Assembly: GCA_965247115.1 (NCBI GenBank)
Contig: CBDFGR010000002.1
Coordinates: 288,001-352,000, forward strand
Direction of reading: 5' to 3'
DNA from: Myxococcota bacterium
Lineage (GTDB): Bacteria; Myxococcota_A; UBA9160; SZUA-336
Length of the DNA: 64,000 nucleotides
The translations under genes and the position numbers were made by a program. Shown here piece after piece: positions 49,055 through 60,300 of this stretch. A model generated the notes under the pieces. That model made no database searches. It was not told the DNA's origin and saw only the letters and a list, made by a program, of their open reading frames with translations. Every line of letters starts with the position of its first letter. Position 1 is the first letter of the stretch.

Positions 49055-49156
49055 CGCCAGAGGAGGCTACGGCCGGGGCCAGCACGCGGATCGACTGCGT
49101 CGCTGCGGGGCGGCGCGTACGGTGAGCTCCTGGGAACCTGCCAGACCGGGAGCGCG

Positions 49157-49594
49157 ATGGAACCCGTAGAGGAGCTACTCGACAGGTGGCCGGGAGTGCG
49201 GGTGGACGCCGACAACGCCGCGTACTACCGCGGCCTCTCGGCTCGCCAGCTTCTGATCCAGCGGTGCCGCGAGTGTCGCGTCTGGCACCATCCTCCCCGC
49301 TCGGTCTGTCCACGCTGCTGGTCGCGAGACGTGGTAGCCGAACCGGTGAGCGGGCGCGGGACGATCGGGCTGCTGACGGTCCTGCGTCAGGGCGCACCCC
49401 AACCGGGCGTCGACTACACGGACGGCCACGCCCTGGTCGCGATCGACCTCGAGGAACAAGCCGGGCTGCGGCTGGCGGGCGCGATCGTGGAAACAGCGGC
49501 TGCTGACATCCGGATCGGCGCGCCCGTCGAGCTGGTCTGGCGCGAGGTCGACGGTCGGCCTCCGACGCCGGAGTTCAGGGTTGTGTCCTCGTGA
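49157..49594 (+). CDS. DUF35 Zn-ribbon/OB-fold protein
   Basis: QRCRECR..HPPRSVCPRC, SGRGTI, IRIGAPVEL; overlaps the thiolase start (GTGA). Confidence 0.9.
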   Translation: MEPVEELLDRWPGVRVDADNAAYYRGLSARQLLIQRCRECRVWHHPPRSVCPRCWSRDVVAEPVSGRGTIGLLTVLRQGAPQPGVDYTDGHALVAIDLEEQAGLRLAGAIVETAAADIRIGAPVELVWREVDGRPPTPEFRVVSS

Positions 49595-50784
49595 GCGGAC
49601 GCAACCCGGCAAAAGATCAGGTCGCCATCGTGGGCGTCGGTCTGTCCCCGTACTCTCGCGACCGCCAGGGCGCGACCGCGGGCTCGCTGGTGATCGATGC
49701 CGTCCTCGCCGCGGTCCGAGACGCCGGCCTCGAGGCCGGGGACATAGACGGAATCTGCGGCTCGAGCGTCGCCGCACAGTACGTACAGGCGGCGCTCGGA
49801 ATCCCGGGGGTCACCTGGTTTGCGAACCCGCCCGCCGTGATCGGCAACCAACTGGTGGCTGCCGTCGCCGCCGTGTCCTCCGGCATGTGCGACACGGCGC
49901 TCGTCTACCACCACGCGTACCGACTCCCGTGGGCGTCGCGTTCGGCGGCCCGAGATCCGCTGCGCAGACGGGCCAAGCTGGGCGTGGCCGACACGCGCAG
50001 CTGGTGGGGCACCGGCCACGCTGAGGCCGGAGCCAACTCGATGCTGGGCGCACACGCGTACGCCGCGTGGGCGGGGCGCTACCTCCACGACTACGGCTAC
50101 ACCCGCGAGCACTTTGGCCTGGTCGCCATCAACTCCCGGACGAATGCCGCATGGAACGAAAATGCCGTCTACCGCCAGCCGCTGTCGATGGAGGGCTATC
50201 TCCAGGGCCGCATGGTCCGGGACCCGCTCTCGGTCTACGACATGGACGTGCCCGTCGACGGCGCCAACGCGTTCGTCGTCACGACGGCCGAGCGCGCGCG
50301 GGATCGACCGCACAAGCCCGTCCTCGTTCACGCGGCGACGCTAGGCCACACGGACTACGGCTCGGAGGAACAGCTGCTCGATCTCGATCACAGCGGCCAG
50401 ACCGTCGTCGCCCGCAGGCTCTGGGCAAAGTCCGACCTGGAGCTGGCCGACATCGACCTCTATTACCCGTACGAGGGCTTCTCCAACATCGCGCTCTCCT
50501 GGTTCGAGAGCATCGGCTACTGCAAGCGCGGCGAGGGGGGCGACTTCGCCCGCGACCAGTGGAACGACGAGCAGCAGCGGTTCCTGATCGCAGGTCGAAT
50601 TCCGGTCAACACGCACGGCGGGAGTCTCTCGGAGGGGGGAACCCAGGGCGCGGGGCACCTCCACGAGGCCGTTCTCCAGCTGCGCGGGGACGCCGGCGAG
50701 CGTCAGGCCCGAGCCAAGGCCGCTCTGGTCACCCCCGGCGGCTTCTACTTCAACTCGCAGGGATTCATTCTGCGCGCGGACTGA
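49591..50784 (+). CDS. SCP2-type thiolase-fold protein (Ltp2-like)
   Basis: VAIVGVG, DGANAFVV, NTHGGSLSEG, EAVLQLRG. Confidence 0.88.
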   Translation: MSGRNPAKDQVAIVGVGLSPYSRDRQGATAGSLVIDAVLAAVRDAGLEAGDIDGICGSSVAAQYVQAALGIPGVTWFANPPAVIGNQLVAAVAAVSSGMCDTALVYHHAYRLPWASRSAARDPLRRRAKLGVADTRSWWGTGHAEAGANSMLGAHAYAAWAGRYLHDYGYTREHFGLVAINSRTNAAWNENAVYRQPLSMEGYLQGRMVRDPLSVYDMDVPVDGANAFVVTTAERARDRPHKPVLVHAATLGHTDYGSEEQLLDLDHSGQTVVARRLWAKSDLELADIDLYYPYEGFSNIALSWFESIGYCKRGEGGDFARDQWNDEQQRFLIAGRIPVNTHGGSLSEGGTQGAGHLHEAVLQLRGDAGERQARAKAALVTPGGFYFNSQGFILRAD

Positions 50785-50795
50785 TCGAGAAACCT

Positions 50796-52532
50796 CTATT
50801 CCGCGAGGCCGTGCCGGAGCAGCTTCCCGGGAGTCGCGCCCGTGCAGACCCCTTCCTCGAAGGTGATCTCCCCGTTGACGATGATCGCCTTGTAGCCGAT
50901 TGCGCGCTGGACGCGCCGCCACTCCCCGCCGGGCAGGTCGTGCTCGACCTCTCCGATCCAGGGCGGATCGATGGCGAGCTCGTCGATGTCGTACACCACC
51001 ACGTCGGCCGCGGCTCCTTCATGGAGCACCCCCCGGTCGCGGAAGCCCGCCGCCTGGGCCGGCAGGTTCGAGAGCCGGTAGTGGGCCTCTTCGAGACTCA
51101 CCACCTCTTCGTCGCGGACGAGCCACGAGAGGAAATCGGTGGTGTAGGCGCCGCCCGTGAAGAACTTCGTGTGCGCGCCGCCATCCGAAACACCGGGGAT
51201 GGAGTACGGCTGGCCGATCATGTCGGCCATGAACTCCGCGTTGGATCCCCGGTCCGGTCCGAGGAATTCGACGTTCAGGTCTCCGGCGAGCGACAGGTCG
51301 AGCATGGCCTCGATGGGGCTCTTGCCCTCGGCGTCGGCGATCTCGCCCACCGACCGGCCCACGTAGGGCTCGAGCTCGTCTTGGCCGTTCACGCTCTGCA
51401 CGACCAGGTGCTTGGGGTTGCCGCCGACACCCGCCTGAATGATCTGCAGGCGACGGTCCGCGGCCTCGGCCTCCTTGACGAGGGCCTCGCGAAGCGCCGG
51501 ATCCTGCATCTTCTGGCGCTTCTCCTCCTTCGTGCCCGTGGTCACGTCCCGCCATGCCGGCGAGGCGTCGTACAGGTTCCAGTGCTCCAGCGTGAAAGCG
51601 AAGCCCGCGCGCCCGGTCCCGCACTGCGCGTAGATCGGCAAGCCCCGCTCGCGGCAGCGCTCGATCCAGCGCAGCGGCCGGCGATGGACCTCGGGGTCTC
51701 TCCGCGACGGGATCACGACGTTGTGAAGGATGGGGCGATTGGCTGTCTCCGCCAGCTTCTCGAGGAACGCGAGGTCCTTCTTGATGGGCCCACCCTCGGC
51801 CTGGGTGATCTGGATGAAGCCCTCGCCGCGCTCGCGCAGCACCTCGGCGAGCGCCAGGATGTCCGCGTCGGCCATCGTGTCGGTCACCATTGGCGAGCCG
51901 TCGAAGTCCGCCTGCACCGAGTCGGGACCGAGGCGCTGAATCGAGAAGCCGCAGAGGCCCGCATCCATCCCCTCGTGGAGCAAGCGCTGCATCTCCTTGC
52001 GCTCGTCATCCGTTGCCGGGCGGCTCTTGGCGGCTTCCAGTCCCATCACGTAGGTCATGAGCGAGGCGGTCGGCATGTACTGGATCACGTTGACGCCCTT
52101 CGGAGCCCTTTCCAGGCTGTCGAGGTACTCGGGGATCGTCTCCCAATCCCAAGTCATGCCCTCTTTCATCGACGGATAGGGAATGGCCTCGGTGCGGGTC
52201 ATGGTCAGCATGGAGCGCTCGCGGAAGTCGGACTTTACCGGCGCGAAACCGAAGCCGCAGTTGCCGAGCACGACCGAGGTCACGCCGTGCCACCCGGAGA
52301 TCGTGCACCAGGGGTCCCAGCGGATCTGGGCGTCGTAGTGCGTGTGCAGATCGACGAATCCCGGCGCCACGATCAGGCCGTCGGCGTCGATCACGCGCTC
52401 CGCGGATCCGACCGCTTTACCGCCGAGCTGGGCGATGCGGCCGTCCTTGATAAAGACGTCACCCACGTAGCGCTCGGCGCGCGTACCATCGACGATCGTT
52501 CCGCCCCGTAGCTGAAGATCGAACTGGGCCAT
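50796..52532 (-). CDS. N-acyl-D-amino-acid deacylase family amidohydrolase
   Basis: GGTIVDGT, APGFVDLHTHYD, GVTSVVLGNCG, SDGGAH, ADVVVYD. Real start 52532. Confidence 0.92.
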   Translation of the reverse strand: MAQFDLQLRGGTIVDGTRAERYVGDVFIKDGRIAQLGGKAVGSAERVIDADGLIVAPGFVDLHTHYDAQIRWDPWCTISGWHGVTSVVLGNCGFGFAPVKSDFRERSMLTMTRTEAIPYPSMKEGMTWDWETIPEYLDSLERAPKGVNVIQYMPTASLMTYVMGLEAAKSRPATDDERKEMQRLLHEGMDAGLCGFSIQRLGPDSVQADFDGSPMVTDTMADADILALAEVLRERGEGFIQITQAEGGPIKKDLAFLEKLAETANRPILHNVVIPSRRDPEVHRRPLRWIERCRERGLPIYAQCGTGRAGFAFTLEHWNLYDASPAWRDVTTGTKEEKRQKMQDPALREALVKEAEAADRRLQIIQAGVGGNPKHLVVQSVNGQDELEPYVGRSVGEIADAEGKSPIEAMLDLSLAGDLNVEFLGPDRGSNAEFMADMIGQPYSIPGVSDGGAHTKFFTGGAYTTDFLSWLVRDEEVVSLEEAHYRLSNLPAQAAGFRDRGVLHEGAAADVVVYDIDELAIDPPWIGEVEHDLPGGEWRRVQRAIGYKAIIVNGEITFEEGVCTGATPGKLLRHGLAE

Positions 52533-52703
52533 GGCTCCCCCTTCGCGTGTAGCGTCGTGGCACGATTCTACGCCTCTCCGTGGGCGGGACAACCCGGAAC
52601 TCCGGCCGATCCTCGAGAAGAAGCTAGCGCCAGGCAACTTCCAGAATCTCGTAGTGCGGTTTGGAGTCCCAGACCTTCGGCACCAGACGCTTCGGGCCAA
52701 TGA

Positions 52704-54383
<1,680 letters not shown>

Positions 54384-54431
54384 CGTCCACGGGTGCAGCG
54401 AGTAGACTTGTCAGCCGGAGACGGAGAAAGC

Positions 54432-55811
54432 ATGGCTGAGGAGACGAACACGCTGCTGGCGCTCGAGCCCGCGCACGTCCAGGCCCGTGCCATCCGCGAG
54501 GGCAAGACGTCGAGCCGCGCGCTGCTCGAGCTCTTCATTGACCGGATCGAGAGTCTCGACGGCGACATCAATGCGGTCGTTACGCGCGACTTCGACGCCG
54601 CGCGGCGCACGGCGGATCAGGCGGACGCCGTACTGGCGCGTGGAGACCCGATCGGTCCGCTGCACGGTCTACCGATCACGATCAAGGACGCCCTCGAGAC
54701 CCAAGGGTTACGCTCGACTGGCGGTGCGGACGACCTGAAGGACTACGTGCCCACGCGCGATGCCCCCGTCGTGCGCAAGCTCAAGGACGCCGGCGCGATC
54801 GTCATCGGCAAGACGAATCTTCCCGAGTGGTCTGGCGACGCCCAAGCCTACAACAGGCTGTTCGGCACCACGCGGAATCCGTGGAACCTCGAGCGCGGCC
54901 CCGGCGGTTCCTCCGGCGGCGCCGCCGCGGCCGTCGCCACCGGGATGACCGCGTTCGAGATCGGCACCGACATCGGCGGATCGATCCGCTTTCCCGCCGC
55001 ATTCTGCGGCGTCTTCGGCCACAAGCCGAGCTTCGGCATCGTGCCTTCGACCGGGTATCTGGATCACGCGGACGGGGGAACCACGGAGGCCGACGTGAAC
55101 GTGATCGGCCCGATCGCGCGTTCGGCGGAAGACCTCGAGCTACTGCTTCCTCTCCTCGTGAAGGACACTCCGCCCTGGGACGTGCGTCTCGACGAACCCG
55201 CGGATGTCGCAGCGCTGCGCGTAGCCGCGTGGCTCGATGATCCGGCCTGCCAGGTGGATCGCGAAGTCCTGGAGGTCACGACGCGCGCCACCGACGCCCT
55301 CGAAGCCTCGGGTACGGAGGTCGACCGGGATGCGCGCCCCGAGCTCGACTTCGCCTCCCTTCGCGTCACGGGTGGACTCCTCGTGATGTCGGCTAATCCT
55401 TCGGACAAGGAGATCGACCTCTCGCACAAACGCTGGTTCGAGCTGCACAAGCAGCGCGTCGAGGCGCAGGCGCGTTGGGCCGAGTTCTTCGGGCGCTACG
55501 ACGTGCTCCTGCTGCCCGTGTCGTTCGTCCCGCCCTTTCCCCATGTACACACGAAGATGAGCGAGCGCACGCTCGCATGCAACGGCGTGGAGCGTCCCTA
55601 CTGGGACATCGCCTCGTGGACTCTGCTGGTGGGCATGGCCTACCTGCCCTCGACGGTCCCGCCCATCGGCCTGTCCTCGAGCGGGCTCCCGATCGGTATC
55701 CAGGTCGTGAGCCGCTACGGAGCGGATCTGACGACGATCCGCTTTGCCGCGCATCTCTCGCGGCTGTGTGGGGGCTACCAGCCACCTCCCATTGCCCTTC
55801 AAGGCAGCTGA
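54432..55811 (+). CDS. Amidase signature family protein
   Basis: GLPITIKD, GKTN, GGSSGG, GTDIGGSIRFPAAFCG. Confidence 0.95.
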   Translation: MAEETNTLLALEPAHVQARAIREGKTSSRALLELFIDRIESLDGDINAVVTRDFDAARRTADQADAVLARGDPIGPLHGLPITIKDALETQGLRSTGGADDLKDYVPTRDAPVVRKLKDAGAIVIGKTNLPEWSGDAQAYNRLFGTTRNPWNLERGPGGSSGGAAAAVATGMTAFEIGTDIGGSIRFPAAFCGVFGHKPSFGIVPSTGYLDHADGGTTEADVNVIGPIARSAEDLELLLPLLVKDTPPWDVRLDEPADVAALRVAAWLDDPACQVDREVLEVTTRATDALEASGTEVDRDARPELDFASLRVTGGLLVMSANPSDKEIDLSHKRWFELHKQRVEAQARWAEFFGRYDVLLLPVSFVPPFPHVHTKMSERTLACNGVERPYWDIASWTLLVGMAYLPSTVPPIGLSSSGLPIGIQVVSRYGADLTTIRFAAHLSRLCGGYQPPPIALQGS

Positions 55812-55853
55812 ACCGGGAAGGAACGCCCGCGGGCTCCTCCGTACGGCTTGGTA

Positions 55854-57305
55854 TCAGCGCCGCCAGAAGCCTGGTGTGAGGATGACGAGCGCCGTGTAGA
55901 TCTCAAGCCTGCCCAGGATCATGAGTCCGCTCATGACCAGCTTCGCGGCTGGCTCGAAGTGGTCATACGTGGTGGCCGGGCCGACACCGCCGAAGCCCGG
56001 CCCGACGTTTCCCAGCGTAACCGCCGCCGCCGAGAAGCCCGTGTGCAGATCGGAGCCGAGCAGGCAGAGCAGAGCGGTTCCGAAGCCGAGAACGACGATC
56101 CACATGCCGATGAAGCCGAGCACGCTCAGCATCACCTGTTCTTCGATCGTGGTGCGTCCCAGCTTGATCGTCCCGTAGCCATGCGGATGCACCAGCCGGA
56201 AGAACTGGGAGAACGCGAGTCGCACCAGCACGAGCACACGAATCACCTTGACCCCGCCACCCGTGGAGCCCGCCATGCTGCCGACGAACCACAGGCAGAG
56301 GATGGCCGCGTGCGAGAGCGGCGGCCAGGAATCGTAGTTCTGTGTCGAGTATCCCGTCGTCGAGAGGATCGAAGCGGTCTGGAACGCGGCGTGCTCGAGT
56401 GCCCCGGCGGTGTCCGGGTACGCGCCGTCGCTGCCGAAGCGCAGGTCGAGAGTGATCAGCAGTGCGACGAGCACGAAGATACCGAAGTAGAGCCTCAGCT
56501 CCGGATAGTCAGCCCACGGGATCCCGCGGGTGAGCGAGGTGTGGAGGATGGCGAAGCTCGTACCTCCGAGCAGCATGAAGATCGATGTCACGACGTTGAT
56601 ATAGCCGGAGCCGTAAAAGCCCAGAGACGCGTCGTGAGTCGAGAAGCCAGCAGTGGAGATGGTCGTCATCGCGTGGCAGACGGCATCAAACGGACTCATG
56701 CCACCGAGATAGAGCAGGCCACCATCGACGATCGTGAGCCCGAGGTAGATCGTCCAGAGCAGCTTCGCGGTCTCGGCGATGCGGGGCGTGAGCTTGTCCT
56801 TGGTCGGTCCGGGCGCCTCCGCCTTGAAGAGCTGCATGCCTCCCAGGCCGAGAATGGGGAACACGGCGATGCCGAGCAGCACCATGCCCAGACCACCCAT
56901 CCACTGCGAGAGGCTCCTCCAGAGCAGGACGGAACGCGGCAACCCGTCGAGGCCGGACAGGACCGTGGCGCCCGTCGTCGTGAGTCCGGACGTGGACTCG
57001 AACAGGGCGTTCACCGTGGAGATCTGCAGGCTCTCGTTGTGCATGAAGGGCACCGCGCCGAGGAGACACGCCGAGACCCAGGCCAGCGTGACCGCGATGA
57101 ACGCCGAGCGATGCTCCAGCGCCAGCTGTACGCCCCGCGCCTGCACGAGACACAGGGCTCCCAACACAGCACCGAGACCCACGGCCGTCGCAAAGGGCTG
57201 CCACGGCTCTTCGAGCACGACGGCCATGATCAAGCTGGCGGTCTGTGCGAGTGCCACCACACTCAACACCACCCCGACCAGCCAGAGGATGGTCCGCCAA
57301 TTCAT
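55854..57305 (-). CDS. trkH: Trk potassium uptake membrane protein
   Basis: FESTSGLTTTG, STAGFS, STTGY, GSTGGGVK, GNVGPG, GRLE. Confidence 0.95.
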   Translation of the reverse strand: MNWRTILWLVGVVLSVVALAQTASLIMAVVLEEPWQPFATAVGLGAVLGALCLVQARGVQLALEHRSAFIAVTLAWVSACLLGAVPFMHNESLQISTVNALFESTSGLTTTGATVLSGLDGLPRSVLLWRSLSQWMGGLGMVLLGIAVFPILGLGGMQLFKAEAPGPTKDKLTPRIAETAKLLWTIYLGLTIVDGGLLYLGGMSPFDAVCHAMTTISTAGFSTHDASLGFYGSGYINVVTSIFMLLGGTSFAILHTSLTRGIPWADYPELRLYFGIFVLVALLITLDLRFGSDGAYPDTAGALEHAAFQTASILSTTGYSTQNYDSWPPLSHAAILCLWFVGSMAGSTGGGVKVIRVLVLVRLAFSQFFRLVHPHGYGTIKLGRTTIEEQVMLSVLGFIGMWIVVLGFGTALLCLLGSDLHTGFSAAAVTLGNVGPGFGGVGPATTYDHFEPAAKLVMSGLMILGRLEIYTALVILTPGFWRR

Positions 57306-57414
57306 CGCCGGCGTACTCTAGCAGTCCTTGTGGGGCGGGTCTCGTGAGATCTAGCGCCTCGCGGAGGACTCGTTCATCGCTGGTCCCCGGATCGACCGGC
57401 GAAGTCCTCCGGGG

Positions 57415-58122
57415 CTACTCAGCACGCTGGAAGTCGTCTGGTACTTTCGGGAACGCGTAGCGAATGGGCTCCGTGACGCCGTCCCAGGTCCTCGAGAGGT
57501 GGCCCACGTACGCCAGCAGGCGCTTGTACTTTCCGTACGCTCCCCCCTCCAGGTTCTGCCCGCACGAGAGTTCGATGTGGAACCCGAACTCGCTCATCAG
57601 GTCGAAGTAGTGCACGGTCGGCATGTCGGGGTTGCCGGGAGGCCCGCTCCCGGGCTTGCCTGCGCCCTCGATGAGCTGGATTGAGGGCACCCACCCCGCG
57701 GCAAAGCAGGCGTCGACCAGCTCGACGTAGCGCTCCCGCGGCACGGTGAAGTTGATGTGCTGGAGCCCGTTGCCCCGAGATTTGAGCCAGTCGTTGTGGC
57801 AGGAGGGCTCTTCGTTGTACGGCTGGACCAGCTCGATGCCCGTATCCGCGTTGAACCCGAAGGCGACGAGCGCGCGATATGCCGTCGGCTCGCCGTAGTG
57901 CAGCTGTGTGGCGCGAAGCTTGCCCTTTCTGCCCCCGCCCGCCCTCACCTGCGCGTCCCACCGGTCCATGCGATCCTTGGTGATGAAGAACCACGGACCG
58001 ATGCCGAGGGCCATGTAGTCGGCCATCGCCTTCTGGATGTCCGACACGACGTGGCCGTAGTGGTCGAAGGGCCCGCAGATCTCCCGGATCTTGCGCACCA
58101 TCTCGCCGTCCCTGCTCGCCAT
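57415..58122 (-). CDS. VOC family (methylmalonyl-CoA epimerase-like/Glyoxalase_4) protein
   Basis: HYGHVVSDI, LGIGPW, IELVQP, GLQHI, IEL. Confidence 0.78.
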   Translation of the reverse strand: MASRDGEMVRKIREICGPFDHYGHVVSDIQKAMADYMALGIGPWFFITKDRMDRWDAQVRAGGGRKGKLRATQLHYGEPTAYRALVAFGFNADTGIELVQPYNEEPSCHNDWLKSRGNGLQHINFTVPRERYVELVDACFAAGWVPSIQLIEGAGKPGSGPPGNPDMPTVHYFDLMSEFGFHIELSCGQNLEGGAYGKYKRLLAYVGHLSRTWDGVTEPIRYAFPKVPDDFQRAE

Positions 58123-58155
58123 GAATCCCTTCCTCCATCCTAGGTCCTATTGATT

Positions 58156-59367
58156 TTACAACCCCGCCCCGGCAATCACTTCGGTTTGGGCAAGCTCTCG
58201 CAACGCGGCCTCGCTCAGACCGAGCTCGGCGAGCACTTCTTTCGTATGCTCGCCGAGCCGAGGCGGTACCCCGGACGGCGCAGTCGGCGCGCCGTCCACC
58301 GTAAAGCCGGCACCCAGCACGTCCAGCTTGCCGTCCTCGATGCCGGGTACTCCCGAAAGGTGCGTCAGCGCGCCGCGGTGGGCAAGTTGCGGATTGGCAA
58401 GCACCTCCGCCGGAGTTTTCAGCGTGCCGCTCGGCACGCCGGCCGCGCGCAGCACTTGATCCCAATGCTCTGCGGTGTTCGTTCGAAACAGCTCGGCAAA
58501 CACCCCGCGCAACGTCAGCCAGTTGTGGTGTGCGGCCTGAGCCGTGGCAAAACGTTCGTCCGCGAGCAGGTCGGCCCGCCCCAGCCCATGGGCCATACGC
58601 TCGAATAGGCGGCGAGTGTTCGCGTTCACGAGCAGGACGCCGTCCTGGGTGTCGAACGTGCCGGCGGAGCCGGACCGCGCCAGCGGGTTACGGCCGACGC
58701 GCGGGCGCTGCTGACCGGTGGCCAGGAAGCCGTAGTAGTTCAGACCCATCAGCGCCATTGCGGATTCCAGCATCGACACGTCGAGATAAGCGCCTTGCCC
58801 CGTGTGCGCGCGGCGCACCAGCGCGGCAAGTAGCGCGGAGCTCGCGATCACGGCGGTGCCGGCGTCGATCGCCGCAAAGCCGACCCGCACAGGCTCGTCC
58901 ACCGTGCCCGTCGAATCCATCATGCCGGACTCACCCTGCATCAGATGGTCGAAGGCTGGCCGGTCACTCTCCGGTCCCGTCTGCCCGTAGCCGGAAATTG
59001 CGCAGTACACGATGCTGTCGTTGACGCTGCGTGCGGCCTCGTAGCCGATGCCCAGCCGGTCCGCGGTGCCGGGTCGCAGGTTCGACACCACCGCGTCGGC
59101 ACCCCCGATCAGCCGTTGCACCAGCGCCAGTCCGGCCTCGGATTTCAGGTTCACCGCAACAGACCGTTTGCCCGCGCTCTGGCCGAGAAATCCCGGGCTC
59201 ATGCCCGGCTCGCTGCCCGCGCCCATGCCGCGCATCATGTCACCACCGTCCGGCGACTCGATCTTGATCACCTCGGCGCCCATCAATGCCAGCTGATACG
59301 TGCACAGGGGCCCGACGTGCACGTGCGTGAAATCGATGATGCGGGTACCGGTCAGAAGGTTGGACAT
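58156..59367 (-). CDS. CaiB/BaiF family III CoA-transferase
   Basis: RIIDFT..VGP, GAEVIKIE, GKRSVAVNLK, ISGYGQTGP, PRLGEHT. Confidence 0.94.
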   Translation of the reverse strand: MSNLLTGTRIIDFTHVHVGPLCTYQLALMGAEVIKIESPDGGDMMRGMGAGSEPGMSPGFLGQSAGKRSVAVNLKSEAGLALVQRLIGGADAVVSNLRPGTADRLGIGYEAARSVNDSIVYCAISGYGQTGPESDRPAFDHLMQGESGMMDSTGTVDEPVRVGFAAIDAGTAVIASSALLAALVRRAHTGQGAYLDVSMLESAMALMGLNYYGFLATGQQRPRVGRNPLARSGSAGTFDTQDGVLLVNANTRRLFERMAHGLGRADLLADERFATAQAAHHNWLTLRGVFAELFRTNTAEHWDQVLRAAGVPSGTLKTPAEVLANPQLAHRGALTHLSGVPGIEDGKLDVLGAGFTVDGAPTAPSGVPPRLGEHTKEVLAELGLSEAALRELAQTEVIAGAGL

Positions 59368-59428
59368 GGGAGTGTGAATGGTACCCGACGCGGCACACGC
59401 CTCGGCAGGCTCGACACTCTCTCGCTCA

Positions 59429-59454
59429 GGTAGTTAACTGGCTAGTTAATTACC
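59429..59454. promoter_or_regulatory. AT-rich near-palindrome GGTAGTTAACTGGCTAGTTAATTACC (operator or hairpin)
   Basis: 22 of 26 positions match its reverse complement; lies between the LLM stop and the CoA-transferase start. Confidence 0.55.
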
Positions 59455-59460
59455 AAGGTA

Positions 59461-60297
59461 TCACAACTGCGAAAGTGCCTTGCCCAGCGCTTCTACCACC
59501 GACGCTCTATACGGGTCACGCAACGAAAAGATCACGGTGTCCACGCCCGCCTCACCGAGTGCCATTGCGGTTTCCGCAGTTTTGTGAGGATCTTCGTCGG
59601 CAGGTAACGCAATCTGCACTGAGCATTCGATGTCGCTGATGTCACGGCCGACGCGCTCGCAGTGCGCCTGTAGTACCTCGTACTTGTGGCGAAACCGATC
59701 CGGTGATGCGAACGGCAGGTTCCAGTGATCCGCGTACCGGGCAGCAATTCTGAGCGTACGTTTTTCCCCCCCGCCGCCAATCACGATCGGCGGGCCGCCC
59801 CGCTGCGAACCTTTAGGTTCACAACGTGCTTTGTCCAGCTGGTAATACTCGCCGGTGAACGTGGTGTACTCTTCCCGCAGCAGCGAGCGCACCACCTGCA
59901 CGCCCTCTTCGAAACGGTCCATGCGCTGCCCTAGTGAAAGCAGATCGATGCCATAGGCGGCACACTCCCCCTCATGCCAGCCGGCACCCAGCCCTAGATT
60001 CAGTCGGCCGCCGGTAATGATGTCGAGAGACGCGGCCATATTTGCCGTCACTGCGGGATGTCGATACGGCATGCCCTGCACCATCGCGCCCACGCGTACC
60101 CGTTGGGTATTTACCGCCAAGGCCGTCAGGGTCACCCAGGCTTCCATGCAGGAGCCGTTCGGATCGCCAACCAGCGGATAGAAGTGATCAAAGTTCCAGC
60201 AGCTGGTGAATACGTCCACCTGGTCGGTGGCCTTCCAGACGTCGAGCATGTCCTGCCAGCTGCAGTGCTGGGGCGGCGTCTTGACCCCGTAGTTCAT
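59461..60297 (-). CDS. LLM-class probable F420-dependent oxidoreductase
   Basis: WNFDHFYP, YRHPAV, GLGAGW, GGGGEKRTL. Confidence 0.92.
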   Translation of the reverse strand: MNYGVKTPPQHCSWQDMLDVWKATDQVDVFTSCWNFDHFYPLVGDPNGSCMEAWVTLTALAVNTQRVRVGAMVQGMPYRHPAVTANMAASLDIITGGRLNLGLGAGWHEGECAAYGIDLLSLGQRMDRFEEGVQVVRSLLREEYTTFTGEYYQLDKARCEPKGSQRGGPPIVIGGGGEKRTLRIAARYADHWNLPFASPDRFRHKYEVLQAHCERVGRDISDIECSVQIALPADEDPHKTAETAMALGEAGVDTVIFSLRDPYRASVVEALGKALSQL

Positions 60298-60300
60298 CGA

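Noticed and set aside
49051..49125. 24-codon ORF overlapping the hydantoinase B stop (ATGA)
   Set aside because: No recognisable similarity; may be chance or an unidentifiable remnant.
52558..52573. TGGCAC as a sigma-54 -24 element upstream of the BVMO
   Set aside because: No TTGC at the -12 position.
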